Assembly: GCA_021323375.2 (NCBI GenBank)
Contig: JAJPCT020000001.1
Location: forward strand, 1 to 64,000
Source: Candidatus Wolframiiraptor gerlachensis
Lineage (GTDB): Archaea; Thermoproteota; Nitrososphaeria_A; Caldarchaeales; Wolframiiraptoraceae
Direction of reading: 5' to 3'
DNA length: 64,000 nucleotides
The position numbers and the translations under genes were made by a program. This document shows positions 30,137 to 40,408 of the stretch, in pieces; positions within the stretch are counted from its first letter, which is position 1, and each line of letters opens with the position of its first letter. The notes below the pieces were generated by a model. It saw nothing but the letters and a program-made list of their open reading frames with translations. It was not told the DNA's origin and ran no database searches.

Positions 30137-30832
30137 TTATGAGCTTGGGGCTCCAGCCCCTCCCACAAGCTCTCTTAGGAGCTTCTCCACCCTCTCCGTT
30201 AGCCCAGAGATGTGCGCTTCTTCCTCTATCATCTTGACCGCCTTGACCGCCGCGAACTCGGCCTCCGGCGATGGTCCATTAATCACGATAAAGCCGTTCT
30301 TGCCAACGATGATCTCGCATCCAGTAAGCCTCTTTATCAGGTTTATCATCGAGCCCCGCCTCCCTATGAGCCGCGGGATCTTGGCCGGGTGAATCTGGAT
30401 CAGTATGCCGCTTTCAATCCTCCTTATCCGGCTACGCTTATCTATCACCACGCCGCTAAGCCCGCTCTCCTTAATCCTTACATAGACAACATCTCCAACA
30501 TTAAGGCCCGTGCTTATCACCTCCTCGCGGTCCGGTATCCTGATAGTTCCCTTCAAATGCCTCCCCAAGTCTATCTCAAAGCCATTTGGCTTCACATCAG
30601 ACACTATTCCTACTACCCAGTCCCCGGGAGCGGGCTTATATGCTGCCTTAAACGGCGTGACCACAACCTTGTTATCTCTTATCGAGGCGAAGCCTATTCT
30701 CGCGGCGTAAATCTTCCCGCCATGTGTATATGTCCCCTCACCGCTTCGCTTGCCATTATCAGATAATAGCTGGCCGGGCACTACGATCTCATGCTCGGTG
30801 AAGTATATCGGCATCTCCGGCTCACCCCTCAA
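30137..30832 (-). CDS. rrp4: Exosome RNA-binding subunit Rrp4
   Basis: VVPGQ, S1 domain, KH PRLIGRRGSM. Confidence 0.93.
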   Translation of the reverse strand: MRGEPEMPIYFTEHEIVVPGQLLSDNGKRSGEGTYTHGGKIYAARIGFASIRDNKVVVTPFKAAYKPAPGDWVVGIVSDVKPNGFEIDLGRHLKGTIRIPDREEVISTGLNVGDVVYVRIKESGLSGVVIDKRSRIRRIESGILIQIHPAKIPRLIGRRGSMINLIKRLTGCEIIVGKNGFIVINGPSPEAEFAAVKAVKMIEEEAHISGLTERVEKLLRELVGGAGAPSS

Positions 30833-31514
30833 GCTGCGTTACCTCCACTCGTCCAGAAGTGATCTTATTCAGCCTGTCTATTAGGTCTATGTGGAGGCCT
30901 GTTGGGACCTCGACGACCCCAGTCCAGCTCCCATCCCCACCCCACTGCTCGCGAGTCACCTTGCCCATATTCTTGATCACGCTGTAGCCGCGCGCCGCCA
31001 CATCGGCCGGGAGCCTTATCTTGAACCTGAGAACGCCCGTCTTGATTGGGAGTATCGGCCTAAGTTTCTCGATTATCTTTAGAGCCTGCTCCTTAGCATC
31101 CTTGAAGGGGTCTATCTGGATTCCAGCCTCCTGCATCGCGAGCTCTATCCTCTGAGGCGGATGTGGGAGATTAGTCCGGGGATCTATAGCATTCTTCGCT
31201 ATGAAGTCTATTATCTGCTTCTTCTTATCCTCTATCAGCTTCTTCCTCTGCTCGGCTGTTATCTGGATCGTCCCCTCTTCCAATATCTTCTCCGCGATCT
31301 TCACCGGGTCGGTAGTTCCGAAAGTCTTCTTGAGAGTTTCCTCCTTGACCCTGATACCCTTCTTCGCGTCCTTGTAAACCTCCTCATAGACTAAGATCTT
31401 CGAGATGGGTATCTTCTCACCCATCTTGTATCTTAGGGCGTTATCTGGGTCGACGAGAATCTCGAATGTCTCACCATGCTTTTCAAGTCTCGCAATCGTA
31501 TAGCTCTTGGACAC
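30822..31514 (-). CDS. Ribosome maturation factor SBDS/Sdo1
   Basis: FEILVDP, FGTTD, DPRTNLPHPPQRIE. Confidence 0.95.
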   Translation of the reverse strand: MSKSYTIARLEKHGETFEILVDPDNALRYKMGEKIPISKILVYEEVYKDAKKGIRVKEETLKKTFGTTDPVKIAEKILEEGTIQITAEQRKKLIEDKKKQIIDFIAKNAIDPRTNLPHPPQRIELAMQEAGIQIDPFKDAKEQALKIIEKLRPILPIKTGVLRFKIRLPADVAARGYSVIKNMGKVTREQWGGDGSWTGVVEVPTGLHIDLIDRLNKITSGRVEVTQLEG

Positions 31515-31562
31515 GGATATCGCCCCGGGAGAGACGGGTGGTCGGGGTTTAAAATTCCTTCC

Positions 31563-32339
31563 CTAGCCCTCTCCACCCCTCTTCTTTATCATCGGTTCCA
31601 AGAGCTTCCTCAGCTCCTCTTGGGATATCGGCGTAAACTTCCTCGTTGATATCGGGACCGTGGCAAGCCTCACCGTCCAGTTAGAGTCTATCTTCTCAGC
31701 AGACTCCACCAAGCATCTGAGCGCAAGATTGATCGCCTCCTCAAGCTTCATGTCCCGCCTATACTCTGCCTCCAAGATCTCTCTAACCTTCTCAGCACCC
31801 CTCCCGATCGACCATGCATCATATTCTAGAACCATTCCACTTGGCTCCGTGTAGAATACCCTTGGACCAGTCTCATCAACTCCCGCAAAGAGGAGGGCGA
31901 CGCCAAAGGGCCTAACACCGGCATGCTGAGTATACATCTGCATAATATCTCCAATATACTTGGTGATTGCCTCAACAGTCGGTATCTCGTCATAGGTGAG
32001 CCTGAGGATCTGGGACCTGATTCTAGCCATGTCAACGAGGACCCTTCCATCCGAGTTAAGCCCGGCCGCTACAGCGCCTATATGATCATCTATCTGGAAT
32101 AGCTTCCACGAGTAGTTTATGTTCTGGAGCTTTGTATGCATCCTCTCCTCAACCGCTAGGACGCATCCCTCATTACATGCTATCGCCATCGCTGTTGAGC
32201 CAGCCCTAACAGTCTCAAGAGCATACTCAACCTGATAGAGCCTGCCCTGAGGGGAGAATACCGTTATAGCCCTATCATAGGCCCCAGCAATCCCAAGAGC
32301 CATTCCTACTCCTCCAAGGTTAAAGACCGGGGCGAGCAA
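31563..32339 (-). CDS. psmA: Proteasome subunit alpha
   Basis: YDRAITVFSPQGRLYQVEYA, RPFG. Confidence 0.97.
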   Translation of the reverse strand: MLAPVFNLGGVGMALGIAGAYDRAITVFSPQGRLYQVEYALETVRAGSTAMAIACNEGCVLAVEERMHTKLQNINYSWKLFQIDDHIGAVAAGLNSDGRVLVDMARIRSQILRLTYDEIPTVEAITKYIGDIMQMYTQHAGVRPFGVALLFAGVDETGPRVFYTEPSGMVLEYDAWSIGRGAEKVREILEAEYRRDMKLEEAINLALRCLVESAEKIDSNWTVRLATVPISTRKFTPISQEELRKLLEPMIKKRGGEG

Positions 32340-32404
32340 CCTAATTAATTTTGGGCTTGGAATTCCCGTGAAAAGGCTAAGGCTAATATATCGAGAGGGG
32401 TATC

Positions 32405-32656
32405 ATGAGGGGGTCCGGGCTCATGGACCTAGCCCTTATCGTTCTCGGCTTCGGGCTCATCTTACTGGGATTATTGCTAATTATTCTTATAGCCCTTCTC
32501 GGCCGGGTGAGGGCTCGGGGAGGAGGTCTGATCCTAATAGGCCCCATACCAATAGTATTCGGCGATAGATCTCTGGGAGTGATCCTGCTGATTATAGCTC
32601 TTCTAATGTTCATACCGATAATCCTCTTCATGTTCATGACTGTGGCGGGGTGGTGA
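32405..32656 (+). CDS. DUF131 family membrane protein
   Basis: GGGLILIGPIPIVFG. Confidence 0.85.
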   Translation: MRGSGLMDLALIVLGFGLILLGLLLIILIALLGRVRARGGGLILIGPIPIVFGDRSLGVILLIIALLMFIPIILFMFMTVAGW

Positions 32657-32659
32657 TCC

Positions 32660-32965
32660 TTGGGGGGTCGAGCAAGAATCACGCCCAGCGTCTCGTTAAT
32701 GGTGCTCATGCTCGGGGTCTTCCTAATTCTAGTAGGCTTCATCCTAATCATCATGGGGGCGATATCGGCTCCAAGCGAGGCTATGAGGGCCGAGGGCGGG
32801 GGATTGATAATGATCGGCCCCCTACCGATAATTTTCCATGGCAGGCTCAGCCCCCTCATAATCCTGATAATACTCGTGGTGATGATCCTCGCATTCCTGC
32901 TGCCGATATTGCATCTTCTGAGATCAGGGAGGGGGCGTGAGATGGAGGGAGATGACTATGATTAA
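32660..32965 (+). CDS. DUF131 family membrane protein
   Basis: GGGLIMIGPLPIIF; tandem paralog. Confidence 0.82.
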   Translation: MGGRARITPSVSLMVLMLGVFLILVGFILIIMGAISAPSEAMRAEGGGLIMIGPLPIIFHGRLSPLIILIILVVMILAFLLPILHLLRSGRGREMEGDDYD

Positions 32966-33054
32966 TGGCCAAAGGTTCTGGACACGTGGAGAGGAAGCTC
33001 GATGAGGCACGCAGGTAGATCAAATCTTAATTAGTATTCCACGCTCCTAGCGAC

Positions 33055-33348
33055 GTGTCCGCCCAGCTGGAGAGACAGGTTATCCGCGGGCGAGCATATC
33101 TAAGGAGCTTGAGGAATGTTAGGCGTGGGCTTCTCACCAGGTCAAGAATTATAGATGTTTTATTATCTAGGAAGGCCTCAACAATTCAGCAGATAGCGGA
33201 GGAGATCGGCTTGAGCGAGTCGGCGGTGAGGAGGCATTTGAAGAACATGCTCGCGGAGGGCGTGGTCGAGAATCTCAAGTTCAAGGGCAAGATTCTCTGG
33301 AGGCTCAGCGGATCCGGGCAACTCGACTTGGAGGAGGCTCTATCCTAG
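33055..33348 (+). CDS. Winged-helix (ArsR-like) protein
   Basis: TIQQIAEEIGLSESAVRRHL HTH. Confidence 0.8.
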   Translation: MSAQLERQVIRGRAYLRSLRNVRRGLLTRSRIIDVLLSRKASTIQQIAEEIGLSESAVRRHLKNMLAEGVVENLKFKGKILWRLSGSGQLDLEEALS

Positions 33349-33362
33349 CCCTCCAGCGCGCT

Positions 33363-33530
33363 TCATGGAAAGAGCTTGTTCATTATCATTGTTAATGCGA
33401 TCATGAGGCCCGCTAGAATCAGAATTAGCTCGGGCTTAACCTTTATCCCTTTAGCCTCCTCTTCGAAGAATCTTAGCAGGCCGGCTGCCGATGCTGGTAG
33501 CGGGGATCCTCGACGCCTTTTCGTGGACAA
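33363..33530 (-). CDS. secG: Protein translocase subunit Sec61beta
   Basis: Manual translation from TTG: MSTKRRRGSPLPASAAGLLRFFEEEAKGIKVKPELILIL...(55 aa); not in ORF track. Confidence 0.9.
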   Translation of the reverse strand: MSTKRRRGSPLPASAAGLLRFFEEEAKGIKVKPELILILAGLMIALTMIMNKLFP

Positions 33531-33580
33531 CTTCTCTCATCTTCACGATGATGATCTGCCTTATTAGCCCTCTCTCTAGC

Positions 33581-34540
33581 TCATGGAGTGAGGGGCAGCG
33601 TCTCGGCGCGCAGGCCCCTCCTCCTAAGGTGTTTAGCGAGCTCATCCGCGAACCCATGAACTAAGTATATCCGCTTCGCCCCGCTCTCCTCAGCATATCT
33701 CACTAGCCCCGAGAAGTCAGCATGACCACTAAGGGGGAATGCTGCATCGAAGCCGCTCGGCCGGTATCTCAGCGCCCAGCCCGTGGCGACCGCCCACCTG
33801 ATCCGGCGCCGGGATGGCGGGCTATACCTCTTGCTGGAGACGTATACGCATTCCCCCTGCTTGAATGCCTCGAGGCCCTCGGGGCTGTTTATGGGGAGAT
33901 ACTCCAACTTGAAGCCATATTGTGAAAGGCTCTCGGTTATCCTGCTTATGGTGAAACTTGCTAGGGCGGGGATCCTGAGATAGGCGTTGACGAGGCCTAT
34001 TATCTCCTGAGCCTTCCCAAGCGCGTAGACCTTGAATGCCGGTATCTCCCCAGCCCTTATTGTCTCGACTATCCAGCGGGTAATCCTTGCATAGACCTCC
34101 TCCCTAGCCGGAAATATGTAGCGCGGGGAGCCGTATGTTGCCTCAAGTATTAATGTCTCGGATTCTAGGGGCCTCGCCCCCCTCAATATCACGCTATCAT
34201 AGGTGTTTAGGTCCCCAGTATAGACTAGACTCCCATCATTATTTTCCAAGAGGAATTGGCTTGAGCCGATTACATGGCCTGATGGATGGGCAGATACCCT
34301 GATGTCGCCGAGCATTATGCTTTCGCCATATCTTATCAGCTTCTCAAACCTGTAGGAGCCGAAGAGGCTTAATACACTTGCGGTCTCAGGTGTGGCTATA
34401 ATTCTGCTAAGCCTCCCTGGAGCATGATCCAAATGCGCATGTGAAACTAGGCTCATACAATCGCTCTCAGCCGCCGAGTCCAGCCATATCCTCGTATTCC
34501 CAGCCTTTAAGAGAAGCCCGCGCCCCCCGAGAACCTCCAT
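33581..34540 (-). CDS. MBL-fold beta-CASP nuclease
   Basis: SHAHLDH, GHVIGS, YTGD, EATYG, LSGHAD, LVHG. Confidence 0.9.
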   Translation of the reverse strand: MEVLGGRGLLLKAGNTRIWLDSAAESDCMSLVSHAHLDHAPGRLSRIIATPETASVLSLFGSYRFEKLIRYGESIMLGDIRVSAHPSGHVIGSSQFLLENNDGSLVYTGDLNTYDSVILRGARPLESETLILEATYGSPRYIFPAREEVYARITRWIVETIRAGEIPAFKVYALGKAQEIIGLVNAYLRIPALASFTISRITESLSQYGFKLEYLPINSPEGLEAFKQGECVYVSSKRYSPPSRRRIRWAVATGWALRYRPSGFDAAFPLSGHADFSGLVRYAEESGAKRIYLVHGFADELAKHLRRRGLRAETLPLTP

Positions 34541-34630
34541 GCCACCGTCCCACCACTAGTCATTCCCCAGGCTTAAGAGCTTTTCACTGGATCACAGTTT
34601 ATAAGTCTGCTTGATTTCCGCTAGGGAGAA

Positions 34631-36343
34631 TTGAAGAGCGCCACCTCCCAGCTATCATCATTGTATAAGTTTCTCTGGGGCATTCCACTACGCGGGAGGC
34701 TACTTGTTCCAGCGATAGTATCCTATGCTCTTATCTCGTTCGCAGTATCCTTTCTGGGAGAGGCTGGCGCCTACACGCCTATAATCCTAGCAGGCTTCAT
34801 GGCTAGTATCCTAGTCGGCTGGATTCTAGAGCACTTGAAGATTGATCTGGGAATGATAAACTCGAGAAGGCTGAATCAGCTCACTATTGTGAGCTCAATT
34901 TTCATGGCTCTTGGGTTGGCGGCCTCAGTAACCCCACTAGGATTAGCTGCCCTCGCGGCGATAATAAGCGCCGGCCTCTTCATAAGAGGGGTAGTCTTTT
35001 TCACATTAGCTGGAAAAAGACTTCCCAGAGCATTACCCATATTCGCATTAACAATAATCATGGAGGCCGCGCCGATGCTACTTCTCCAGAACACAGCCTA
35101 CGGGCTCTCAATAATAAGGGGATATCTCATTGGAACAGCCTCTTCACTCCTGTTGATCCTCATATTTAAGCGCATTATAATGATCAAAGGTGCTCCAACT
35201 CTTGACTATATATCGGGCGTGCTCGCCTATCTCCTAGACAATAAAAAGGATTGGTTGAGAGAGATCTCTGAGAAGCTTGATGATGAGACCTTCGCGAGCC
35301 TAGATCTCCTATTATTCAGGAACATGGATAAGAGAATTGAGGCGGCGATACTAATTCCCCTCTTCCATCCCGGGCCCTTCAAAGATTATGGAAGCAGCGG
35401 TCTAATGTATAAGATACATGAGGAGCTACAGCGAGATGGTGTCAAGGCGATCTTCCTTAAGGGATTCTCGAACCATTATGATAACCTGATCTCGGAGGAG
35501 GATTGTGAGCTGATCTTAGAGAGGATAAGGAAATTCATACGCAATAATTATAATGGCCTCACATATTCTTCATACGCCTATCCGCCGCAGATCCTGCGTG
35601 AAGGGCATGTTAAGGGGATGCTTCTGGGTGTTGGCGGTGCCAGAATTCTCCTCGTCACCACACATCCAATGGGGATGGAAGATATCCCGAACATAGTCTG
35701 CAACGGCTCCCGCGACCAGTTCCTAATACCGGTCGATTGTCATAATAGCTTCTCCGACTCTGTTAAGGATCTAGATGATGATAGCATCCGGCTGATCGCG
35801 AGGCTCCTGAAAAGGGCTGAAGGGATGGAGCTCGGCGGGAGGAAGAACCTCGTATTTGGTTATGCGCAGGTCGGGCTTGATGGCTATTCTAGGGAGGATG
35901 GCGCGGGCGATCTAGGCGTCTCCGCTGCGGTCTTTCTCTTCGATGACAGGCCATCCGCAATAATAAGCTTAGATGGGAATAACTGCCTGCCCCATGTCAG
36001 GGACGCGGTCGTAGAGAGACTTAGATCCATGGGATTCGAATATGTCGAGGTCGTGACGACGGACACCCACATCGTTAATGGTCTCAGATTTGGTGGGCGC
36101 GGATACCATCCCCTTGGCGAGATAGTCCCAGCCGACGCTATTGCGGAGAAGGCCGTGGAAGCGGCCGCGAGAGCCCTTCAAGCCGCCAAACCCATGGAGG
36201 CCGCATGGCTCAGGCTCAAGTTCCCCAGAGTCAAGATAATGTCCCAGAGCTTTCTCCAAGAGGCAGCGGCAAGAACCCGGCAGGGGATCACCATCTTCAT
36301 CCTATTCTTGATAGGCTCCATAATCGCGGGAGCAATCCTCTAG
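34631..36343 (+). CDS. DUF2070 family membrane protein
   Basis: N-terminal TMs; HPGPF, DCHN, DGNN, TTDTH. Confidence 0.88.
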   Translation: MKSATSQLSSLYKFLWGIPLRGRLLVPAIVSYALISFAVSFLGEAGAYTPIILAGFMASILVGWILEHLKIDLGMINSRRLNQLTIVSSIFMALGLAASVTPLGLAALAAIISAGLFIRGVVFFTLAGKRLPRALPIFALTIIMEAAPMLLLQNTAYGLSIIRGYLIGTASSLLLILIFKRIIMIKGAPTLDYISGVLAYLLDNKKDWLREISEKLDDETFASLDLLLFRNMDKRIEAAILIPLFHPGPFKDYGSSGLMYKIHEELQRDGVKAIFLKGFSNHYDNLISEEDCELILERIRKFIRNNYNGLTYSSYAYPPQILREGHVKGMLLGVGGARILLVTTHPMGMEDIPNIVCNGSRDQFLIPVDCHNSFSDSVKDLDDDSIRLIARLLKRAEGMELGGRKNLVFGYAQVGLDGYSREDGAGDLGVSAAVFLFDDRPSAIISLDGNNCLPHVRDAVVERLRSMGFEYVEVVTTDTHIVNGLRFGGRGYHPLGEIVPADAIAEKAVEAAARALQAAKPMEAAWLRLKFPRVKIMSQSFLQEAAARTRQGITIFILFLIGSIIAGAIL

Positions 36344-36394
36344 AAGTGCTGAAAATAAATAACTACCCCCATTACCCAGATTCCTTGAATACGG

Positions 36395-36664
36395 ATGTCA
36401 AGGTCTCAGGTCATAATTGGCAGGAAGAATGTGATGAGATATGTTACGGCGTGCATAACACTATTCAATAGGGGTGAGAGGGAGATAGTCCTCCGGGCCC
36501 GGGGGAGAAACATAGAAAATTGTATCAAGACGATAATGCTTCTTAAGAGCAGCTTCTACTCGAATCTGAAGATCAAGGAGATAAACTTGTCAAGCGATGA
36601 GCTGCGGAGAAATGATGGGAGAATAGTGTATGTCGGGGTTCTCGAGGCTGTGATATCCTTGTAG
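36395..36664 (+). CDS. Alba-family DNA/RNA-binding protein
   Basis: IGRKNVMRYV, LRARGRNI. Confidence 0.85.
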   Translation: MSRSQVIIGRKNVMRYVTACITLFNRGEREIVLRARGRNIENCIKTIMLLKSSFYSNLKIKEINLSSDELRRNDGRIVYVGVLEAVISL

Positions 36665-36685
36665 GATCGGTGATGCGAGGTCGCA

Positions 36686-38011
36686 TTGCATATGGTAAGC
36701 GATCTGCCAAGGATCTCAAAACCCCCAACATCCGGAAAGGCGGAGAGAATAATCTCGAGGGATATAGAGCTCATGGCCCGATCCTGTAGGAGAAGGTTCC
36801 CGATTGTTGTGAAGAGGATCGAGGGCTCGATAATATTCGATGTGAATGATAATGCTTACATAGACTTCACCGGCGGCTTCGGGATGCTGCCTCTCGGTGG
36901 GCAGCACCCGGAAGTAGTCGAGGCCGTGAAAAGCTGCTTGAATAGCTCGATGACGACACCATCCAGCCTTTACACAGAGGAGGCTGTTGAGCTTGCCAAG
37001 GAGCTCGCGAGAATAGCTCCCATCAGGGGCGATGTGAGAATGCTCTTCCGTGACAGTCCCTCCGAAGTAATTGACGTGGCGGCTAAGGCCGTGAGATGGT
37101 ATTCCGGCAAACGCGTTATCCTATCCTTCACCGGGAGCTATCATGGGTCCACGGAGGAGGCCTTAATGCTCTCAGCCAGCTCGAGAATCCGGAAAACTCC
37201 AGCGAGGATTATAGACGTGGTTTATGGTGTCGGCCGCGACTGCGCCAATTGTCCAGTTGGCTTGGATCCAGAGAAATGCCGGGGAGAATGCCTCAAGTTA
37301 TCTCGTGAGATCGTGGAGGCCGCGGCACCCGGCGAGCTGGCGGCAATAATGCTTGAGCTGATAAGCCTAGAGGCACCAGCGCCTCCGCCAACCTCCTACA
37401 TGGAAGCTCTTGGGATACTTGCCAAGGATCTAGGCGCCCTTCTCGTTGCTAATGAGAGGTTCACCGCGCCTGCTAGGACCGGCAGGTGGTTCGCCCTAGA
37501 TCACTGGAACTTTAAGGCCGATATCGTGTGCTTGGGTGAGCAGCTTGCGTCAGGCCTCCCCCTCGGAGTGCTGGCGGCTAGGGAGGAGCTTCTAGACATG
37601 GAGCCCTTGGATCATGAGGCTTGTGGAGGGAGCGTGTTATCGATCTCGGCAGCCCTTGCAACTATCAGGGCGATTAGGGATGAAGGTCTCGTGGAGAGAA
37701 GCGGGAGGATTGGCAGGAATATCATGAGGAGGATTGGGGAGCTTGCCGGTGAGCTGGGCTGGAGAGCTCATGGAGTGGGAATGCTCATCGGGATGAGGCC
37801 TATAGGAGCGGATAGGAGTGCTGGCGAGATCATGGCAAGGATGATCGTTGATGAGTGCTTTAGGGTTGGGCTTCTTCTCTGGAGAATCGGGGCCACGATA
37901 CTTATCACGCCCGCCCTCAACATCGAGGAGGAGATTCTGGAGAGGGGTCTAGAAATCCTAGAGGAGAAGATTAGCGAGATCAGCCGACGATCTCGAGCTT
38001 CCTCAGCCTAA
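36686..38011 (+). CDS. Class III aminotransferase homolog, degenerate active site
   Basis: Overall GabT/ArgD pattern (YIDF, SYHG, RTG, SGLPLG) but LGEQ in place of LGK. Confidence 0.8.
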   Translation: MHMVSDLPRISKPPTSGKAERIISRDIELMARSCRRRFPIVVKRIEGSIIFDVNDNAYIDFTGGFGMLPLGGQHPEVVEAVKSCLNSSMTTPSSLYTEEAVELAKELARIAPIRGDVRMLFRDSPSEVIDVAAKAVRWYSGKRVILSFTGSYHGSTEEALMLSASSRIRKTPARIIDVVYGVGRDCANCPVGLDPEKCRGECLKLSREIVEAAAPGELAAIMLELISLEAPAPPPTSYMEALGILAKDLGALLVANERFTAPARTGRWFALDHWNFKADIVCLGEQLASGLPLGVLAAREELLDMEPLDHEACGGSVLSISAALATIRAIRDEGLVERSGRIGRNIMRRIGELAGELGWRAHGVGMLIGMRPIGADRSAGEIMARMIVDECFRVGLLLWRIGATILITPALNIEEEILERGLEILEEKISEISRRSRASSA

Positions 38012-38258
38012 TTCCCTCCCTGTGTATCGTGTAACCGCACTCCTTGCAGATCAGTTTAAGCGTCTGCTTCTGCGTTGTCTTAGCCTTCCTCCTTTGAATC
38101 GGATACTTCTGGCCACCATAGCCATGCAGTTCCCGCTCGTGATGCCTAGCCCCCCTAGCTAGAGCCCTATCCTTACCCTTCTTGTAGAGGGTGACCTTAT
38201 GCTCCGTATACTTCCGACATCTGGGGCAGTATGTGTTAATGGATGCCGGGACCTTCAA
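37980..38258 (-). CDS. rpl44e: 50S ribosomal protein L44e (eL42)
   Basis: TYCPRC..HKV, GYGGQ, KAKTT, CKECG. Confidence 0.96.
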   Translation of the reverse strand: MKVPASINTYCPRCRKYTEHKVTLYKKGKDRALARGARHHERELHGYGGQKYPIQRRKAKTTQKQTLKLICKECGYTIHREGIRLRKLEIVG

Positions 38259-38375
38259 TTCAAGAGCGGAGGATAATGCCGAATAATTTAAGGATTTAAG
38301 GATGTCGCGGCGCCCTCAACCCTATTACTCTGGAGAGATTAAGGTAGGGTTAATTAGGGGAGTTGGTTCTAAGTT

Positions 38376-38585
38376 TTGCCGGACATGGAGGTTGACTGGG
38401 AAAGGCTTATACCGAAGCCTAGGTCGAGGTTCCTCCTCGTCCAATGTAATGAGTGTGGCCACCGGCAGATAGTCTTCGATAACGCGAAGATTGAGGTTAA
38501 GTGCCAGGTATGCAGTGCGACCCTCGCCATCCCAAAGGGGGGTAAAGCCAAGATCCTAGGAAGGGTGCTCGAGATTCTAACTTAA
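38376..38585 (+). CDS. rps27e: 30S ribosomal protein S27e
   Basis: PRSRFLLVQCNEC..CQVC..PKGGKA. Confidence 0.96.
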   Translation: MPDMEVDWERLIPKPRSRFLLVQCNECGHRQIVFDNAKIEVKCQVCSATLAIPKGGKAKILGRVLEILT

Positions 38586-38612
38586 ATTAACGGATATATT
38601 GGGTATTTTTGG

Positions 38613-39398
38613 ATGTCGGAGTTTGTGGAGAGGAGTGTGCCGGCTGTTGATGAGCTTGTTATCGGCCTAGTTAAGCGTGTCGAAAAATATGGGGTGTACT
38701 TAGATCTCCTTGAATATCCTGGCTGGGAGGGTTTTGTCCATGTCTCGGAGATCTCGCTCAAGTGGATAAAGAATATCAGGGATTATCTGAAGGAGGGGCA
38801 GAGGGATGTTTTCAGGGTTCTCAGGGTTGATCCGGCTACGAGGCAGGTGGACGTCTCCTATAGGAGGGTTTCACAGAAGGAGCGGGAGGATAAGATACGC
38901 CTCTGGAAGCGGAAGCAGAGGCTGCTGAGGGTGCTGAAGCTATTATCCGAGAGATCTGGTAGGAGCGAGGAGGAGTTGAGGAAGCTCATAGTCGAGCCAG
39001 CCTTGGAGCGCGGTTTAAGCCTCTATGACGTTTTGCTGGATGCGCTTGAGGAGGAGCGTCTTCCAGAGTGGATGAAGCTGGACGAGAATCTCGCCAAGCT
39101 ATTGATGGAGGTTATAAGTCAGGAGATAAAGATAAGGGAGGTAACCGTCCAAGGACTCTTGGTGATGATGGTTCCGGGAGGGGATGGTGTTGAGGTTATA
39201 AGGCGCGCGGTTAGGCAGGCCCTCGAGGCCGCGAAGAAAGAGGATGTCACGATAACGACGATGGGGGCTCCGAGATATCTTATAAGCGTCAAGACCGAGG
39301 ACGTGGAGACCGGTAAGAAGATAATCCAAAGAGTTGCGGAAGCCTGTCTCGCGGTTATTAGGGAGGCTGGGGGGAAGGGAGAGCTCCAGCTGAAGTGA
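38613..39398 (+). CDS. eif2a: Translation initiation factor aIF2 alpha
   Basis: S1 domain HVSEIS..WIKNIRD; GAPRY. Confidence 0.95.
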   Translation: MSEFVERSVPAVDELVIGLVKRVEKYGVYLDLLEYPGWEGFVHVSEISLKWIKNIRDYLKEGQRDVFRVLRVDPATRQVDVSYRRVSQKEREDKIRLWKRKQRLLRVLKLLSERSGRSEEELRKLIVEPALERGLSLYDVLLDALEEERLPEWMKLDENLAKLLMEVISQEIKIREVTVQGLLVMMVPGGDGVEVIRRAVRQALEAAKKEDVTITTMGAPRYLISVKTEDVETGKKIIQRVAEACLAVIREAGGKGELQLK

Positions 39399-39404
39399 GC
39401 GGCA

Positions 39405-39569
39405 ATGCCCGGCCTCCTTAAAAAATGCACCAACTGCGGCAGGTATACGATCAGGGAAGGCTCATGCCCCATATGCGGGGGGCCTCTAAAATCCGCCCAC
39501 CCACCCAACATATCCCTTAAGCACAGGTACATAGATCTGATAGCCAAGATGCGGCGCGGGGAGACATGA
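39405..39569 (+). CDS. nop10: H/ACA RNP protein Nop10
   Basis: Manual translation MPGLLKKCTNCGRYTIREGSCPICGGPLKSAHPP..(54 aa); usual position after aIF2a. Confidence 0.92.
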   Translation: MPGLLKKCTNCGRYTIREGSCPICGGPLKSAHPPNISLKHRYIDLIAKMRRGET

Positions 39570-39631
39570 TGTATTATTCATTGTTTGGGGGAACGATTTA
39601 AATCCCGGCGGCTCAGAGACATGATAGCAGT

Positions 39632-40408
39632 ATGCCTTCTCGTAGGGCGCGGGAGGATAATATAGTTCTAGTCGAGCTGAATAGGGCTGTTGACCTAACC
39701 GGAGCTCATGTTATCGATGCTACTCCATCAGCGGGCATAGCGCCATCTATAGCTCTCAGTTATATGATAGATGGTCTGAAGCCTGTGAAGATCGCGGAGA
39801 TCAAGTCGCGCTACTTCCCACATGTGAGTCTAGTTAGTAATGGCATTGCATCCCAGCCGAAGATCGAGCTATACAAATATGAGAGCAGTGGGGTGAAGCT
39901 GATCCTCATTTCTAGGAACTTTGCCATGGAGGATGGGGAGTCAAGCTATCTGATAGCCGAGAAAATATACAGGTTCCTCGTGGAGAGGAATGCTAGGAAC
40001 TATTACCTGCTAACCGGGATAAGGCTGACGGGGTCTAGGGGTGTCTACGTGGCCTCGGCGGACCCAGATGGCGTTAGGGAGTTCGTTAAGGCGGGCGCGA
40101 AGATTCTGAGAAGCTTGGATGAGGTGCCCGCTGACAGGTTATCATCACATCTTATGCATCTCTATCTTAAGGGGACGGGCAGGGTCTGGTTACTGGCCGC
40201 CGAAGTCATGCCATACTTTCCCGACCCGGCGGCGGCGAAAGATCTCCTAGAACTGCTGTCAAAGGTCCTCAAGTTCGAGATAGATCTCACGAGGCTTGAG
40301 GAGGAGATTAAGAGGCAGAGGGAGATTATAGAGGAGTTTAGGCGGGACTATGAGAGGATGCTACAAGATAAGGTTAAGGGCGATAAGGAGCCCCACTATA
40401 TAGGCTAA
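39632..40408 (+). CDS. PAC2-family proteasome assembly chaperone
   Basis: PDPAAAK..EIDLTRL, C-terminal YIG; context. Confidence 0.8.
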   Translation: MPSRRAREDNIVLVELNRAVDLTGAHVIDATPSAGIAPSIALSYMIDGLKPVKIAEIKSRYFPHVSLVSNGIASQPKIELYKYESSGVKLILISRNFAMEDGESSYLIAEKIYRFLVERNARNYYLLTGIRLTGSRGVYVASADPDGVREFVKAGAKILRSLDEVPADRLSSHLMHLYLKGTGRVWLLAAEVMPYFPDPAAAKDLLELLSKVLKFEIDLTRLEEEIKRQREIIEEFRRDYERMLQDKVKGDKEPHYIG

